NCBI RefSeq assembly: GCF_006345805.1
Contig: NC_043015.1
Span: 37,262,001-37,326,000, forward strand
Origin: Octopus sinensis
Lineage: Eukaryota
Length of the DNA stretch: 64,000 nucleotides
Direction of reading: 5' to 3'
Shown here: positions 41,287-54,701 of the stretch, piece by piece
How the letters are laid out: every line of letters begins with the position of its first letter
How positions within the stretch are numbered: position 1 is the stretch's first letter
Translations under genes and position numbers: made by a program
Notes under the pieces: model-generated
Seen by the model: the letters and a program-made list of their open reading frames with translations, nothing else
Database searches by the model: none
Told to the model about the DNA's origin: nothing

Positions 41287-41350
41287 GAAGAAGAAGAAGA
41301 AGAAGAAGAAGAAAGAAGAAGAAGAAGAAGAAGAAGTAATAATAAAAATA

Positions 41351-41773
41351 TTAACAATAGGCTAGATATTATTGTCAGAGATCATGAAGAAAAAAAACGC
41401 TTTCAAATTGATGTTTCAATACCAGCAGAGTACAAGATTTCTCTAAAAGATATTGAGATACTTTCAAAATACAAAGACCTGGATATCGATGTAACTCGAA
41501 AGGGGAATCTATAAACAGAGACAATTCCTATCATAGTGGGTGCATTAAGTATGATAAAAAAATATTCAGACAAATACATAACAAAAACATCAGGACTTAC
41601 AAACATACATAACATTAAAAAATTGCACTACTGGGCACTGCACTCATCCTACGCAGAACACATTCAATACAGTAACCATGAGAGCATCACAACAAACCAC
41701 AACACATACCCAAGGCACACAGAGCTGTGCTCGGTAGTGAAGTGAAAGCACGATATAAAAATAAAACAACTGA
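41351..41773 (+). mobile_element. REL LINE 3' end, second family, older copy
   Basis: NRLDIIVRDHEEKKRFQIDVSIPAE...SKYKDL...TIPIIVGAL; 3' UTR AAGTGAAAGCACGATATAAAAATAAAAC then (TAA)n. Confidence 0.9.
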
Positions 41774-41840
<67 letters not shown>

Positions 41841-41856
41841 GTAATAATAATAATAA

Positions 41857-41896
<40 letters not shown>

Positions 41897-41986
41897 TAAT
41901 AATAATAAGAAGAAGAAGAAGAAGAAGAAGAAGAGAAGAAGAAGAAGAAGAAGAAGAAGAAGAAGAAGAAGAAGAAGAATGATAAT

Positions 41987-42258
41987 GTAACTCGAAAGGG
42001 GAATCTATAAACAGAAACAATTCCTATCATAGTAGGTGCATTAAGTATGATAAAAAATATTCAGACAAATACATAACAAAAACACAAGGACTTACAAACT
42101 TTTTTTTTTAGACATTCATTAGTACAACACCAAAAACTCCAAATATATGGCACACTAGGCATAACAACAACATGAACTTCCAACCTGTTGTCTCTTGAGG
42201 TCTCTAGGTGAGACTTGGAGCCAACTTGTACAAATATAAAGCAAAAGTCAAACATAGA
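41987..42258 (+). mobile_element. Partial duplicate of 41491-41604 fused to a different 3' UTR ending AAAAGTCAAACATAG(AAT)n
   Basis: Shares the variant GTAACTCGAAAGGGGAATCTA with the 41351 copy; 42100-42258 is unrelated sequence terminating in a TAA array. Confidence 0.75.
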
Positions 42259-42276
42259 ATAATAATAATAATAATC

Positions 42277-42351
<75 letters not shown>

Positions 42352-42360
42352 GTAATAATA

Positions 42361-42912
42361 ATATGGAAGCTATGCCAACATTATGGAATAACAACAGAAA
42401 AAAGATGGTATAGGCACACACCAGAAAAGGTCACAGAAAACGAGAAAGCAACCATACTCTGGGATATGCCGATACACACAGATAGAGAAATTAAGGCCAA
42501 CAGACCAGATATAGTTGTCAGAGATCATGAAGAAAAAAAATGCTTTCTAATTGATGTATCAATACCGGCTGATGACAACGTGTCTCTAAAAGAAATGGAG
42601 AAACTCTCAAAATACAAAGACCTGGAAATAGAGGTACCTAGAATGTGGAATCTGAAAACAGAAACAATTCCTATCATAGTAGGTGCATTAGGCATGATAA
42701 AAAATATTCAGACAAATACATAACAAAAACACCAGGACTTACAAACACATATAACATACAGAAAATTGCACTACTAGGCACTGCACACATCCTACGCAGA
42801 ACACTTTCCATACAATAACCATCAGAGCATCACAACAAATCACAGCACATACCCAAGGCACACAGAGCTGCGCCCGGTAGTGAAGTGAAAGCACGCTATA
42901 AAAATAAAACTA

Positions 42913-42916
<4 letters not shown>
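42361..42916 (+). mobile_element. REL LINE 3' end, second family, younger copy
   Basis: WKLCQHYGITTEKRWYRHTPEKVTENEKATILWDMPIHTDREIKANRPDIVVRDHEEKKCFLIDVSIP...KYKDLE; TAA arrays on both sides. Confidence 0.93.
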
Positions 42917-42989
<73 letters not shown>

Positions 42990-43731
42990 CCAAAGTATTC
43001 CCAGACTTCATTTTATTTTAGATTTATAAAACATTTTTCGTTCTAGAATTCATCTCATCCTTAATTGTGCAAGAGATCCTGTATAGGAATTTTTTACCCT
43101 TTGCAAAAATTTTAATTCCAAAAATAAAAACAATATAAAATAAAATTCTGGATTTTATATTTAAGCAAATTCACTCATTCATTCACTTATTCTTTCATTC
43201 ACTCATTCATTCACTCACATTTTCTTTTCTTGACTTGTTTTCGTTTCTTAATGTCTAAAGTTTGTTGCTGAAGTCGTCGTCGTCGTTGTTGTTGCTGTTT
43301 TTGTTGTTGTTGTTGGCATTGTTATTTCAGGAAATTAGTTTAATTGTTTTATTCTCCCGAATCGGTGGAGCGGAAACAGATGAAAACAGCGCAAATTCTT
43401 CTTACTCTTTAAACAATAACAAAAGAAATTATCGTTTGACATGGTGACATCGAATGGCGTGGCAGCAGAAAAGCTACGATGATGATGATGATGATGATGA
43501 TGGTGGTGCTGGGGGTGGTGGTGGATGAGGAGGTGGTGATGACGATGGTGATGATAACGATGGTGATGATAGAGACGATGACGACGACGACGACGACGAC
43601 GACAACGACGATGATCATGATAATGATGAAGTTGTAGTAGTTGTAGTAGTAGTAATAGTAGTAGTATTAGTAGTAGTAGTAATTTGTACTGTCCATAATG
43701 TTTTTCTTAATGTAAACTCTTGTGGTGAATA

Positions 43732-43794
<63 letters not shown>

Positions 43795-44385
43795 TGATGA
43801 TGATGATGATGATGATGATGGTGATAATTATTATTATGGCGGTGCCCCAGCTCGTGAGCTCAAACTAGATAAATGAAATAATAATAGCAATTCTTCATCA
43901 TTTTCTTATTTTTGTTCATTTTTTTCTTCATCTTCTTCTTCTTTCTCATCTTCATCATCTTCATCTTCTTCTTCTTCTTCTTCTTCTTCTCTTCTTCTTC
44001 TTCTTCTTCTTCTTCTTCTTCTTCTTCTTCTCCTTCTTCTTCTTCTTCTTCTTCTTCTTCTTCTCATTTTTATCATTATTATGATTATTATGATTATTAC
44101 TATTATTATTATTATAAAGCGAGCAATAACAGTCAACAACTGTTGCAATTAAAGTAATAATAATGTTGATGACAACGATGACAACGAGAAGGGCGATAAA
44201 GGCGGTGGCGATGTTGATGACGATGTCCTAACACGATGACAAAGATCATAATGATGACTGCGAGGATCATCACGTTGAAACGATGTTGATATTGTTGATA
44301 ACGACAGTTCAATCAGTAATTATCTCCAAAACATTAGTGACGATGACGGTCAGTCTTTTGAAACCACGAGCAAAGCCAACAATTC

Positions 44386-44446
<61 letters not shown>

Positions 44447-44462
44447 GTTATTATTATTACTA

Positions 44463-44542
44463 TTCAGTAGTTTTATTTTCATTTCGTGCTTTCACTCCAC
44501 TACCGAGCGCAGCTCTGTGTGCCTTGGGTATGTGCTGTGGTG
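44463..44542 (-). mobile_element. 80-bp 3' terminal fragment of the second REL LINE family
   Basis: Reverse complement of the 42840-42916 3' UTR, with its (TAA)n tail at about 44387-44462. Confidence 0.85.
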
Positions 44543-44784
44543 ACAGAATTTGAACTCAAAACGAAAAGACTGATGAAACATAGCTAAACCATTTCGCACC
44601 CCGCTGCTAACGGTTCCACTCGCTCGCTCTCTTTACTAATACTACTACAACTACAACTACTATTGTTGCTGCCCACAACTAATGATTATAATAATGTTCA
44701 GGGTAATGATAATAAAAATAACAACATTGATAATAATAACAATAAAAATAACTATAATTATAATCATTATTATAATAGCAATAT

Positions 44785-44998
44785 ATTTCTTTACTGCCCA
44801 CAAGGGGCCAAACATAGAGGGGACAAATATGGACAGACAAAGGGATTAAGTCGATTACATCGATTCCAGTGCGTAACTGGTACGTATTTAAGAATGAAAG
44901 GCAAAGTCGACCTCGGCGGAATTTGAACTCAGAACGTAACGACAGACGAAATACTGCTAAGCATTTCGCCAGGCGCGCTAACGTTTCTGCCAGCTCGC
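44785..44998 (-). mobile_element. Family A SINE
   Basis: Core and tail match the 8611-8843 copy. Confidence 0.88.
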
Positions 44999-45011
44999 AG
45001 GAATAATAATG

Positions 45012-45077
<66 letters not shown>

Positions 45078-45764
45078 GTAATGATGATGATGATGATGAT
45101 GATGATGATAAATGGAGACGGAAGAACTTGATGTGATTCTGAAATCCTGATTATTATTATTGATACCACTACTACTACTACTGCTGCTGCTGCCGTTTCT
45201 ACTACTACTACTAAGTGACTATATTATGCTGACCATGATGATGATGATGACGAAGACGACATTTTCAACAAGAACGTTAAAACTAAAATTTACATTGTTG
45301 AACCGTAGTTTTGAAAATAAAAAGACCAGTAATTGTATAATTAGTTTAACGATGTGTTAGGAATTAAAACAGTATTTGATCAATAATGTTATTTTGTTTT
45401 GTGCTGTTTTTTTTTTGTTTTTAATGGAAAGAGATCTCAAGCGCATTAGTGATGATGTGACGAAGTTATTAATATGAGATATAGTCTTTTCTTCTTTTTT
45501 TTGTTTTTTTCTAATATCATCCAATTTGATTGTTCATCAGAAGGAAGAACGAACCTGATTTATTCCCATTTTTTTCTTCTTTTCCAAGTTCTGTGTTTAT
45601 TTTGAGATATTAAACCAGAAAACATGAAACACTCCAAAAAAGGCGAAAATAAAAAAAAGAAAAATGGAGAATTTCACACACTCAAATTCGTGTGCGTTAT
45701 AACTTGAAAGCAAACGAAAATAAACAACAAAATTATAGGATTTAACACACATAATCACACTCAC

Positions 45765-45800
45765 ACGCGCGTGCAACTTTAGGGTGTCAGCCAGTTGTAC
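45765..45800 (-). CDS. Weak candidate 36-nt phase-0 exon VQLADTLKLHAR
   Basis: Acceptor AATTTAATTTTCAG, donor T|GTGAGT, open frame; the donor abuts a CA-like repeat. Confidence 0.2.
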
Positions 45801-46812
45801 CTGAAAATTAAATTATGAGTTTAGAAATAATAAATGAGAAATTTGGGGAAAGAAATTAGACTTAAATTAATGCTATCCGTTGTATTTTAAATCTTGCTTC
45901 TTTTTAGACACGCTGAGGTACCGCCTTAAGGAGCTTTTTTCAGTTTCCGCGTGACTGTTCCTCTCACATAGCTCAGATCAACCTGAAGCACTAGCAGAAG
46001 AAACTTGCCTATGGTGCCTCGTAGTGGGACTGACCCCGTAAGTATGTAGTTGGAAAACATTGAGTTTTAACACACAGTCATGTCTGCGCTTGTTCCTATA
46101 GTTATTCGGATGTTTTTAAATTTCTTGGCCGGGTTTTGATATATTAAATCACAAAATATGAAACAGCACAAAAATGTAGAAAAAGAAAGTAACAGCATTT
46201 CCTATGAAAGCTAAGAAAAAGCAAACACACTCAACGAAGTTATTGGATCTAATGTTCACACACATGCGCGCACACACACACATACGCACACACTTAAATG
46301 TACCAGCCAGTAATACTACGAAAATGTATTATGGATTTTAAAATGGTGAGGAATTTGCGAGAAAAATTTAGATTTTAAATTCATTTTATGTTTTCTCTTG
46401 AATTTTACTTGCTTCGTTCACTGCAATCATTCCGCAGCCCCGAGATGAAGGATCAAGTCGAACAAATTTTCCCTTGTGTTTATATCTACTTTTAAATCAT
46501 GTTACTTATTTTATCAATCTTATTGGCCGAATCGCTTATATACGGAAAAGTAAACGAATCAAGGCTCGTCAAGAGATGGTGGGGGACAAACACACACGAA
46601 GTGATACACATTTATAGATACGCACACATACTTGTATATATGTGCAAACACATACATATATGAATATATATATATATACATATACATACATACATACATA
46701 CACACATACATACATACATATATATACAGAAACACACACACACGAAAACACACACACATATACCGCCAGTAAATCACAGATCTGAAAAAGTTGCATATAG
46801 GTAAATATAGAT

Positions 46813-46977
46813 AAGGCCAGTCTATGGGATTACCTCAAGTTTCACGTCTGTAAAGCGCTTAGCTTTACAGCATATCATCAAACCCTAAACCGGGTGGGCA
46901 ACAGGCTTATGTTCTGAGGGTCACAGTATAGTGTTTTATGGACATGAAACTCAAGGTAATCCAATAGACCAGCCTCA
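46813..46977. mobile_element. About 165-bp MITE with long imperfect TIRs
   Basis: AGGCCAGTCTATGGGATTACCTCAAGTTTCACGTC versus the reverse complement of GACATGAAACTCAAGGTAATCCAATAGACCAGCCT. Confidence 0.75.
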
Positions 46978-47169
46978 TCTATGTTTATCCTCATCTATAT
47001 ATATATGTATTTCTTTTCTGTATTTGTGAATTAAGGTTAACACTGGTTTCATGTTAAAAAAAGGAGGAAATATTCTAGTGTATTAATAATTTTTGAAGCC
47101 AATCACATGGCGAAAGGTGCTCTCCTACATTTTGGAAAACACAGCCTCGTTTAGTTCACGGAGATTCTC

Positions 47170-48560
47170 GTGAATTCACGTAAATGAAATAGTGCATCGA
47201 TGAATCAAGTGACGTTACCTCTGGTGTCCTCTTTTGGATATTTGTCTTCCTTGAATTTCTCTTGAGAAAATTGTTGTGTGGTCAATTTGTTTGCAGTATT
47301 TTGTTTTTGTTCTGGGCATGGTTACTTATACTTGTGTGCAGAGGTAGTTCACCATTGGGACATATTTCTTCTGTGTGTGGAGTTTGTGTGCCATGTGGAT
47401 TCAGATTTCACGTAAATGAAATGGGCTATCCTAGTGGGATTACCGCCACAGATAGTGGTTCTTCTTTGAAATATTTGAGTGTAAAATATTATTTGCGTAT
47501 GTAGAGAGAGAGGGTTTCAACCCTCATGTTTATGATGTTATCTCTTGATTGTATAAGGTTTAATTTTTCACTAATAAAGAATTCATATTCGGTAACCCGT
47601 CCTCTGTAGTTTTTGACTGTAGCAATAAAATTCCTTTCTAACTTGGGGTAGCTTATTCCACCTTCTTTCTATGTGCATATCATATTTGCCAGGGATGTTG
47701 TATGTTTTATATTTTTATTTTTGTCTCTGAATGGCGCCAGATATTGTATATATCTTTCCTTGAACGAGTTGCTCGTTGTTCCGATATACATCTTTTCTAT
47801 TCCGTTGGGGTCCGTAAACTTGGCCTTGTATACGAGTTCTCTCTCAAGACGGTTGTTTAGAAGGCAGTGGTTTGGAGATCTACAGTTGCATTATCCTTCG
47901 CGGCATTGTTTTTCGGGGGTGTTTCTGAGGCGTTTATGTCTATTGTGATTGTGTATTGTTGATTCATTATTGGGGTGGCAACTATAGCTAACTTTAATAG
48001 TATTTCTGTTGATGATCTTGTGCTATTTGTGTTAATGTGGAAAGTGGGTGTCTATTAGTTTTTAAGAAGTTTCTAGCTAGAATTTTAGTGTAGTATATGT
48101 TACTCTTGACGTTGGATCCTTCAAACGTGGCATTATAATATGGAGCGGCTTTTTCAGGAGTGTCTTTGTCGGAGGATAAATTTGAGACTCGCTTCCAAAT
48201 GATCTTATGTATTTGCTTAATTACGCTGGTACGTATTTGGAAACTATGTCTATGAACGAGGTTTTTTAGTTCTGTTTGTGGTAGGGTTTAAATTTTCTTG
48301 TGTTAAAATCCATGTTAATATCTAGGAAGTTGTCGTCTTTTAATACTAATTATATTTCTGAGGCCTAATTGTCTAAATAATTTGCATAATTATTTGCCTA
48401 TTCTATGGATATCATGTCCGATTTTATATTGGACAATTCCCACGCCATCGTCCCTATATAAACCTATGTTAGCTTCTATTATTTCCTTTTAAAGTGTATT
48501 TAGGGTATACAGGCCTATAAGGTCAGCTATGTCAGCACCGTCAGAGCTCCCCTTTTCCTC
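47170..48560 (-). mobile_element. Penelope-like retroelement remnant (RT C-terminal part plus GIY-YIG endonuclease)
   Basis: GLYRDDG-type motif, KAAPYYNA, and CNCRSPNHCLLNNRLERELVYKAKFTDPNGIEKMYIGTTSNSFKERY (VY...YIG). Confidence 0.85.
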
Positions 48561-48642
48561 GTCAAATAGCTCGTCTCCATTCTTTTTTACCTAAAAGGAA
48601 TAGTCATCATAATCATATCGATGTTTGTATTTGTTATTAATA

Positions 48643-48900
48643 AGGCAGCGAGCTGGCAGAGTCGTTAGAACGCCGGGCGAAATGCTCAGCAGTATTTCTG
48701 AGTTCAAATTCCTCCGGGGTAGACTTTGCCTTTCATCCTTTCGGGTCGATAAGTTAAGTACCAGCGAAATTCTGTGGTCAATGTAATCGACTATTCCCCT
48801 CCTCCAAAACCTCATGCCTTGTGCCTATAATAGAAAAGGTTTGTATTTGTTGTGCCCCAGCATGGCCACAGCTCGTGAGCTGAAACTAGATAAAATATAA
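48643..48900 (+). mobile_element. Family A SINE plus short family-B-type tail, inserted into the Penelope remnant
   Basis: GGCAGCGAGCTGGCAGAGTCGTTAG...GTAGACTTTGCCTTTCATCC; then GTGCCCCAGCATGGCCACAGCTCGTGAGCTGAAACTAG. Confidence 0.8.
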
Positions 48901-48904
48901 ATAT

Positions 48905-49060
48905 AAAAATATATATCTTACCAAATTCAAGCGCCTTCTGAAGCAAGCTTTTTGAGATCGAGGAGTAGAACTCTACGACATCGAATTGTATCAAATTGCA
49001 TTTGGGTTTATCTTTTATTTTCTGAAACCATTCAATAGTTTTCACTACAGCATATCCATT
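48905..49060 (-). mobile_element. Penelope RT fragment
   Basis: IEWFQKIKDKPKCNLIQFDVVEFYSSISKSLLQKALEFGK matches the Penelope FDV..FY.SI motif. Confidence 0.8.
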
Positions 49061-49859
49061 GGGTAAGATTTGTGTATGTTCTGATATGTATTATTATATT
49101 ATCTAACAAGGATTTACTAATAATTCCTATTTCGCTATTTGTGGGATTAATTAATCTACAGCTAGGATTATTTTTATGTTGTTAGGATTATTTTTAAAGT
49201 TATTTTTATGGTCTTTCAGAGTTATGAGGATTTTGTGAGATGATCTTTCTGTTATTTTTCTTCTATCTTATACTTTGTGTTTAAATCGTTTGCCTCTGCA
49301 TGAATAGAATTATAAGTGGCAGGGTTTGTTTTTCTTTGTATGTTTTAGCCATGGCCATCAGAGCAATGGTCAAGGAAATGATTATAGAAGAGAGATAACA
49401 TTTGTGAGAGGATTAAAAGGCAGCTGCTTCCCTGTCAGTGACTGAAAATTAAAGCTGACACCACACTGAGCCACTGAGTACAGCAAGAGCCATCAATGTA
49501 CTAAAGCTGATTCATTTGCATATATGTATGTAGTTTGAACAATGATGCGAATCACTCAGTGACGCCATCTGTTAGGGAAACTATCGTTATGATAGTGAAA
49601 GTATAATTAATGAAGAACGAATTTAAAATTACATACTATATATCTTTATATGATAAAGACAGCATTCTCTAAAAGAAAAAGTAATATAGTTATATGCACT
49701 CTGACCATTCCATCATTCTTCACTCTTGTAAGGTTTCGTCAACAAGGCATATTCTTTTCCAAATATCTGGACAAAGAGGAGAGAAAATAACAAAGTAGGT
49801 GCAAATAGCAAATCATTAGCAAAAAACCTATTAAGGATGTTAATTATCATCTGGAAATG

Positions 49860-50023
49860 CCGTATTTCCTCGTGTGTTAGTTGCGCTACTTTATACTTGA
49901 TTTAAACTGAAATAACTGGGGTGGGGTTATACATGGGTCCAAGGTAAACCCATGACGAGAAAAATATTTTGTACTAAGATTATACATAGAATTAGATGGC
50001 GACTTATACACAAGTAAATACGG
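49860..50023. mobile_element. pogo/Tigger-like MITE
   Basis: Terminal CCGTATTTCCTCGTGT versus the reverse complement of ACACAAGTAAATACGG. Confidence 0.65.
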
Positions 50024-52183
50024 TGATTAATTGTAATAGTTTGTGAGTTATCATTAATTTTGTAGGAATCAAACTTGTGAAGATTGTTGCACTAATATAC
50101 TGCCATTATGAAACATACTCCAAATGCACAACCCTAGCATAAAAAATCCATTTCCTTGATCTGCAGCAATTTGTCTAGCTCCCAACAGGGGGCGTCGATC
50201 TCAATGTGTGGCCTGCTGGGATAACTATGAAGTATTTGTCAGTTCAAGCTCTATCATCTTACAAAAACAAAAAGAAACCTAAAATGTATCCATTATAATG
50301 TTATACAGCAATCTTTATACTTCTTAAGAAATCTGTGTTACAATTTCAAACTCTTTTTTTAATTAGAGGTGCTCTGGGGCAAAATAACTAACAGCAACAA
50401 TGATCACCTTCCTTGGCTCATATTATCATAATCCTGCTGTATTCATTTTGACCTCTGTGGAACGGTGTGCTGAGCGGCCCCAATTTATTTTTGATGCGTA
50501 AAACACTAATGTTTAGTGATCAATAAAATAAGTATTTGTATCAATATGTTTCTACAAAACTCCTGATATCGGCGTCCCATCATAGCCACAGCCCAATGTC
50601 GGAGACTTCAATTTAAATAATCAGAAAATAAAATTGTAGGATGCCATACATGTGAATAGTAATGACAAAGCTATTGATAATTACTTGCTTGAAACTGTAA
50701 ATTCTTCGTGGAAGTAAAACTGGAGCCGACCAATGTCGATTACGGCGAAATTATGGCGCCATTTCTTGCAACAAGATTTGCTGTTATGTAAATAGCTATT
50801 ACTATTAAAACGCTAAAAGAAGGTTGTGAGCATAATTGGTAGAGCGGCGAGCAAGATGTCTCCTGGTATTTAACCACGCCTCTTTCCGTTCAAGGCCTGG
50901 TGTCAGTGATTTCTTTCATCATTCTGCTGTTCATGAAATGAAGTATCGGTCAATATTGTGTACTATATCATCGATATAATCTCCTGCGCTTCTAAGTACA
51001 TTCCAACTATTATTAATAGGTGAGACAGTATGATATTGACAGAAATAGAACATTCATACAGAGAGACGCAATAGATTAACATTACGTCAATTAATATCCT
51101 GGTTTCAAATCCCGACTCTGTCGTTTTCACATATTGCTTTTTTTTCTTTCTTTATAGAAAAATGACAATTGCATTTCTACACCGGATTCTAGAGGGTAAT
51201 ATTCTTCCCCAGTTTTCGGGAAAATTTGCCTATTTTGGGAAACATAAAATGGTAGATTTCTGTAGGATAAAGCACTTAAGAGAATAAGGTTTTCTTGACG
51301 TCTTTAATTTGGGGACATCACTCTTTAGACATCTTATCATATCACTGTTGACGGTCGTATGGATGCGTGCACGCACACATGCATACATATAAGCATACAT
51401 ACATACATGCATGCATACACACATACAAACCTACACATATACACATCCCACACATACGCACATGTATATACACATGTATATGCATGCATGTATAGTAAGA
51501 CGGCAGATGATGAGGCTGTGAAAAGGAGGAGAAAGTGGAGGAAACTTTGGTAATGATGATGGTGATGATGATGTTGATGATGATGATGATGAGGCGGAGG
51601 AGGAAGATGTGGAATATGTTATACGCGGTTTCTATATGCAAAATTTCCCTTGCTATAAATGCATAACTAGAGGAATTAGCACATGCTTCACTGGGAACAA
51701 GAACCACGTGATTGCAATGGCTAACTTCCTAAGAACAGAATGTCGATGGCACCCAAAAACAAACAAACAACATCAAATTCGCCTTTCATCTTAGCAGAAT
51801 CGAGTAAATTAAATTTTAATGATGCAATGTGCATGAATTCCTAGTATGCACTGCTTTAGGCGATTTCATATAAATAAATATTTGTAATGTCAAATAAGGT
51901 TGGACATTGCTGAAGATTAGATTTATGTTGCCACGGTTAGAGATAGTATAAATATTCGCAGAGATATGCGTTAGAGTTTCAGGATAATTATACAAAGACA
52001 CGTATTTCTCATTTCATTGGATGGAAATTATGGTATCTTGCTTTTGAGGTTGGTGGTAAATGAGGCATTAAATATGTGTTCGCTACACGAACTTTCACTT
52101 TCTTGTGTGGGTAAAGGATTTTTATTTAGGCACCAAAGTTTCAAATCTTCGCATATTTATTCATACCAGCAGGAATATCTATC

Positions 52184-52345
<162 letters not shown>

Positions 52346-53004
52346 CTATCTATCTATATTTGTATCTGTCTGTCTCTCTGTATATGTGTGTGTATAAATG
52401 ATTTTTATAAAATGATGATTATAAAATGATGATTTTTATACTAATTCTTTACACATTCCGACAGAATCAGACGCAAATATGCTAATAGCTGATGTGTACG
52501 TCACAGGAGAACAACTTCTCTCTTTTATGGTGAATGTGTGTTTTTAACATGCGACTCGTTGGCACAAGTAATCTTGGAACACCGATGTTTCAAAATCTTC
52601 CGATTACCATTTGAATCCCATCTTGAGAAGATTTCTAAACGGATTTCTTAAATATGTGAGAAATAAGAACTTTTCAAGTTCTGTACCAGGAATAGGCATC
52701 TCGACTGGTGATTACTTATAACTTCATTTAGTTTGTTATAGTTCGATAAATTATAAGAAATTATAAGTCTGAGAATATCACTGATTCCATCGAATGAATG
52801 TAACAGTTTTCACTATGTGTGTAATACACCCAAATTATCATTTAATCGTTCAATATATCATTGTATATGAAAATTCGAGTGATCAAATCTTTTTAATACA
52901 TCAATTTACAATTGTTTCATCTGAAATGGGGGACATAACTCTTGCCATATTATACAATGATACAATGAACAGTTCAATGATAATTTGGGGGTTTATACAT
53001 ATAT

Positions 53005-53088
<84 letters not shown>

Positions 53089-53144
53089 CAGTTGAAATAT
53101 CTGACAAATATATTTCAACAAACTTAAAGTGTGATTACATATAA

Positions 53145-53196
<52 letters not shown>

Positions 53197-53203
53197 TTGT
53201 ATG

Positions 53204-53273
<70 letters not shown>

Positions 53274-54161
53274 ATACATATATATATAATTATATATATA
53301 CATATATGAATATATGAATTTATATATATATGTAAATGTGCATATACACATTGACACACAAACACATGCACACATATGCATAAATATTTATATGCGCATA
53401 TATCTTCAACTTACGATTAGGTGTGTGTGTGTGTCTAAGTGGGAATGCGTGTGCGTGCGCCTCTGTGTGTGTGTGTGCATGTGTGTGCATGTGTGTGTGT
53501 GTGTGTGTGTCTGTGTGTGTGTGTGTGAGTGTATATAAATGTAACGGGTATTTTATCTTGTCTTTCTTTTTACCGATTAGAAATATTGTCGGTTTTCTTA
53601 GAATTCCGTTATCCGAGGTTTACTAATGATGTAAAATGCCTCACAGAAAACTCCAACCTCTGAATCTTTATAATACTTCGCCACTCTTGAAGATAACTTA
53701 CACTGAATGTACTTCACACGTAATATAATTATCTGTCCCTGTGTTAACCTAAGTTTTGTTTTAGGTTACTTTAGGGAAGTTCTTTGGTAATACTGAAATA
53801 TTCAGAAACCCACTAAATGCTAGACTATGGGAGAGCGGTTTTGTATTGTCTGCGAAGAAAGAATTCCAGTACAAAATGAAAAAGAGAAAAATGCATGAAA
53901 ATGACAAAAAAGAAAGGAAGCAAAAACGATGATGACCGCGTGTTATAATCAATATCGCCGGGAAGAATTTTATTGAATTTTTACACTTACTAAATGGAGC
54001 TGCAAATATATATGGAATATGTATATTCATGTATACATACATACACAATCACATAAAAACAAATATGTATGTGTGTGTGTATATATATATGTATGGGTAT
54101 GCACATTTATATATACATATGTGTATGTGTGTATGTGTGAGTGTGTATGTATACAGAAATG

Positions 54162-54198
<37 letters not shown>

Positions 54199-54199
54199 T

Positions 54200-54232
<33 letters not shown>

Positions 54233-54277
54233 CTAAATTTCTAAATCTATATCTATATATATATATATATATATATA

Positions 54278-54312
<35 letters not shown>

Positions 54313-54313
<1 letters not shown>

Positions 54314-54701
54314 CTCTCTCTATATAAACGGCAGTTTGTCTGTGCGTTTTCTGTGTGTCTGTTTTCTCGTACCCTCACTCTGACCACGGCTTTCAACCGA
54401 TTCTGATGAAACTTGACACACACATAGCCCAATGTCATAATTCAAAACTAACGCAGCGAAAATTTTGAAAAGTTCCCCCAGTTCTGAAAAAAATCGATAA
54501 ATTCGACATGGGGTCGAGAATCAGAAACCCAAACCACAGACCGTCTAGGGGACGCAACTCCACCTTTTTTAACTCTCAAAAAAAAAAAAATTTACCATCA
54601 TTTTTTTTCCATTTTTTTGCTATTTTTTGGCTATAACTCTCTAAAAATGCTTTATAGTTATTTCCCTTACAAACCTGAGCAACGCCGGGCGATACTGCTA
54701 G
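54313..54701 (+). mobile_element. Non-autonomous Helitron
   Basis: 5' A|TC start, 3' CTAG|T end, with a subterminal GC-rich hairpin-like CCTGAGCAACGCCGGG about 11 nt before the end; no TSD. Confidence 0.85.
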
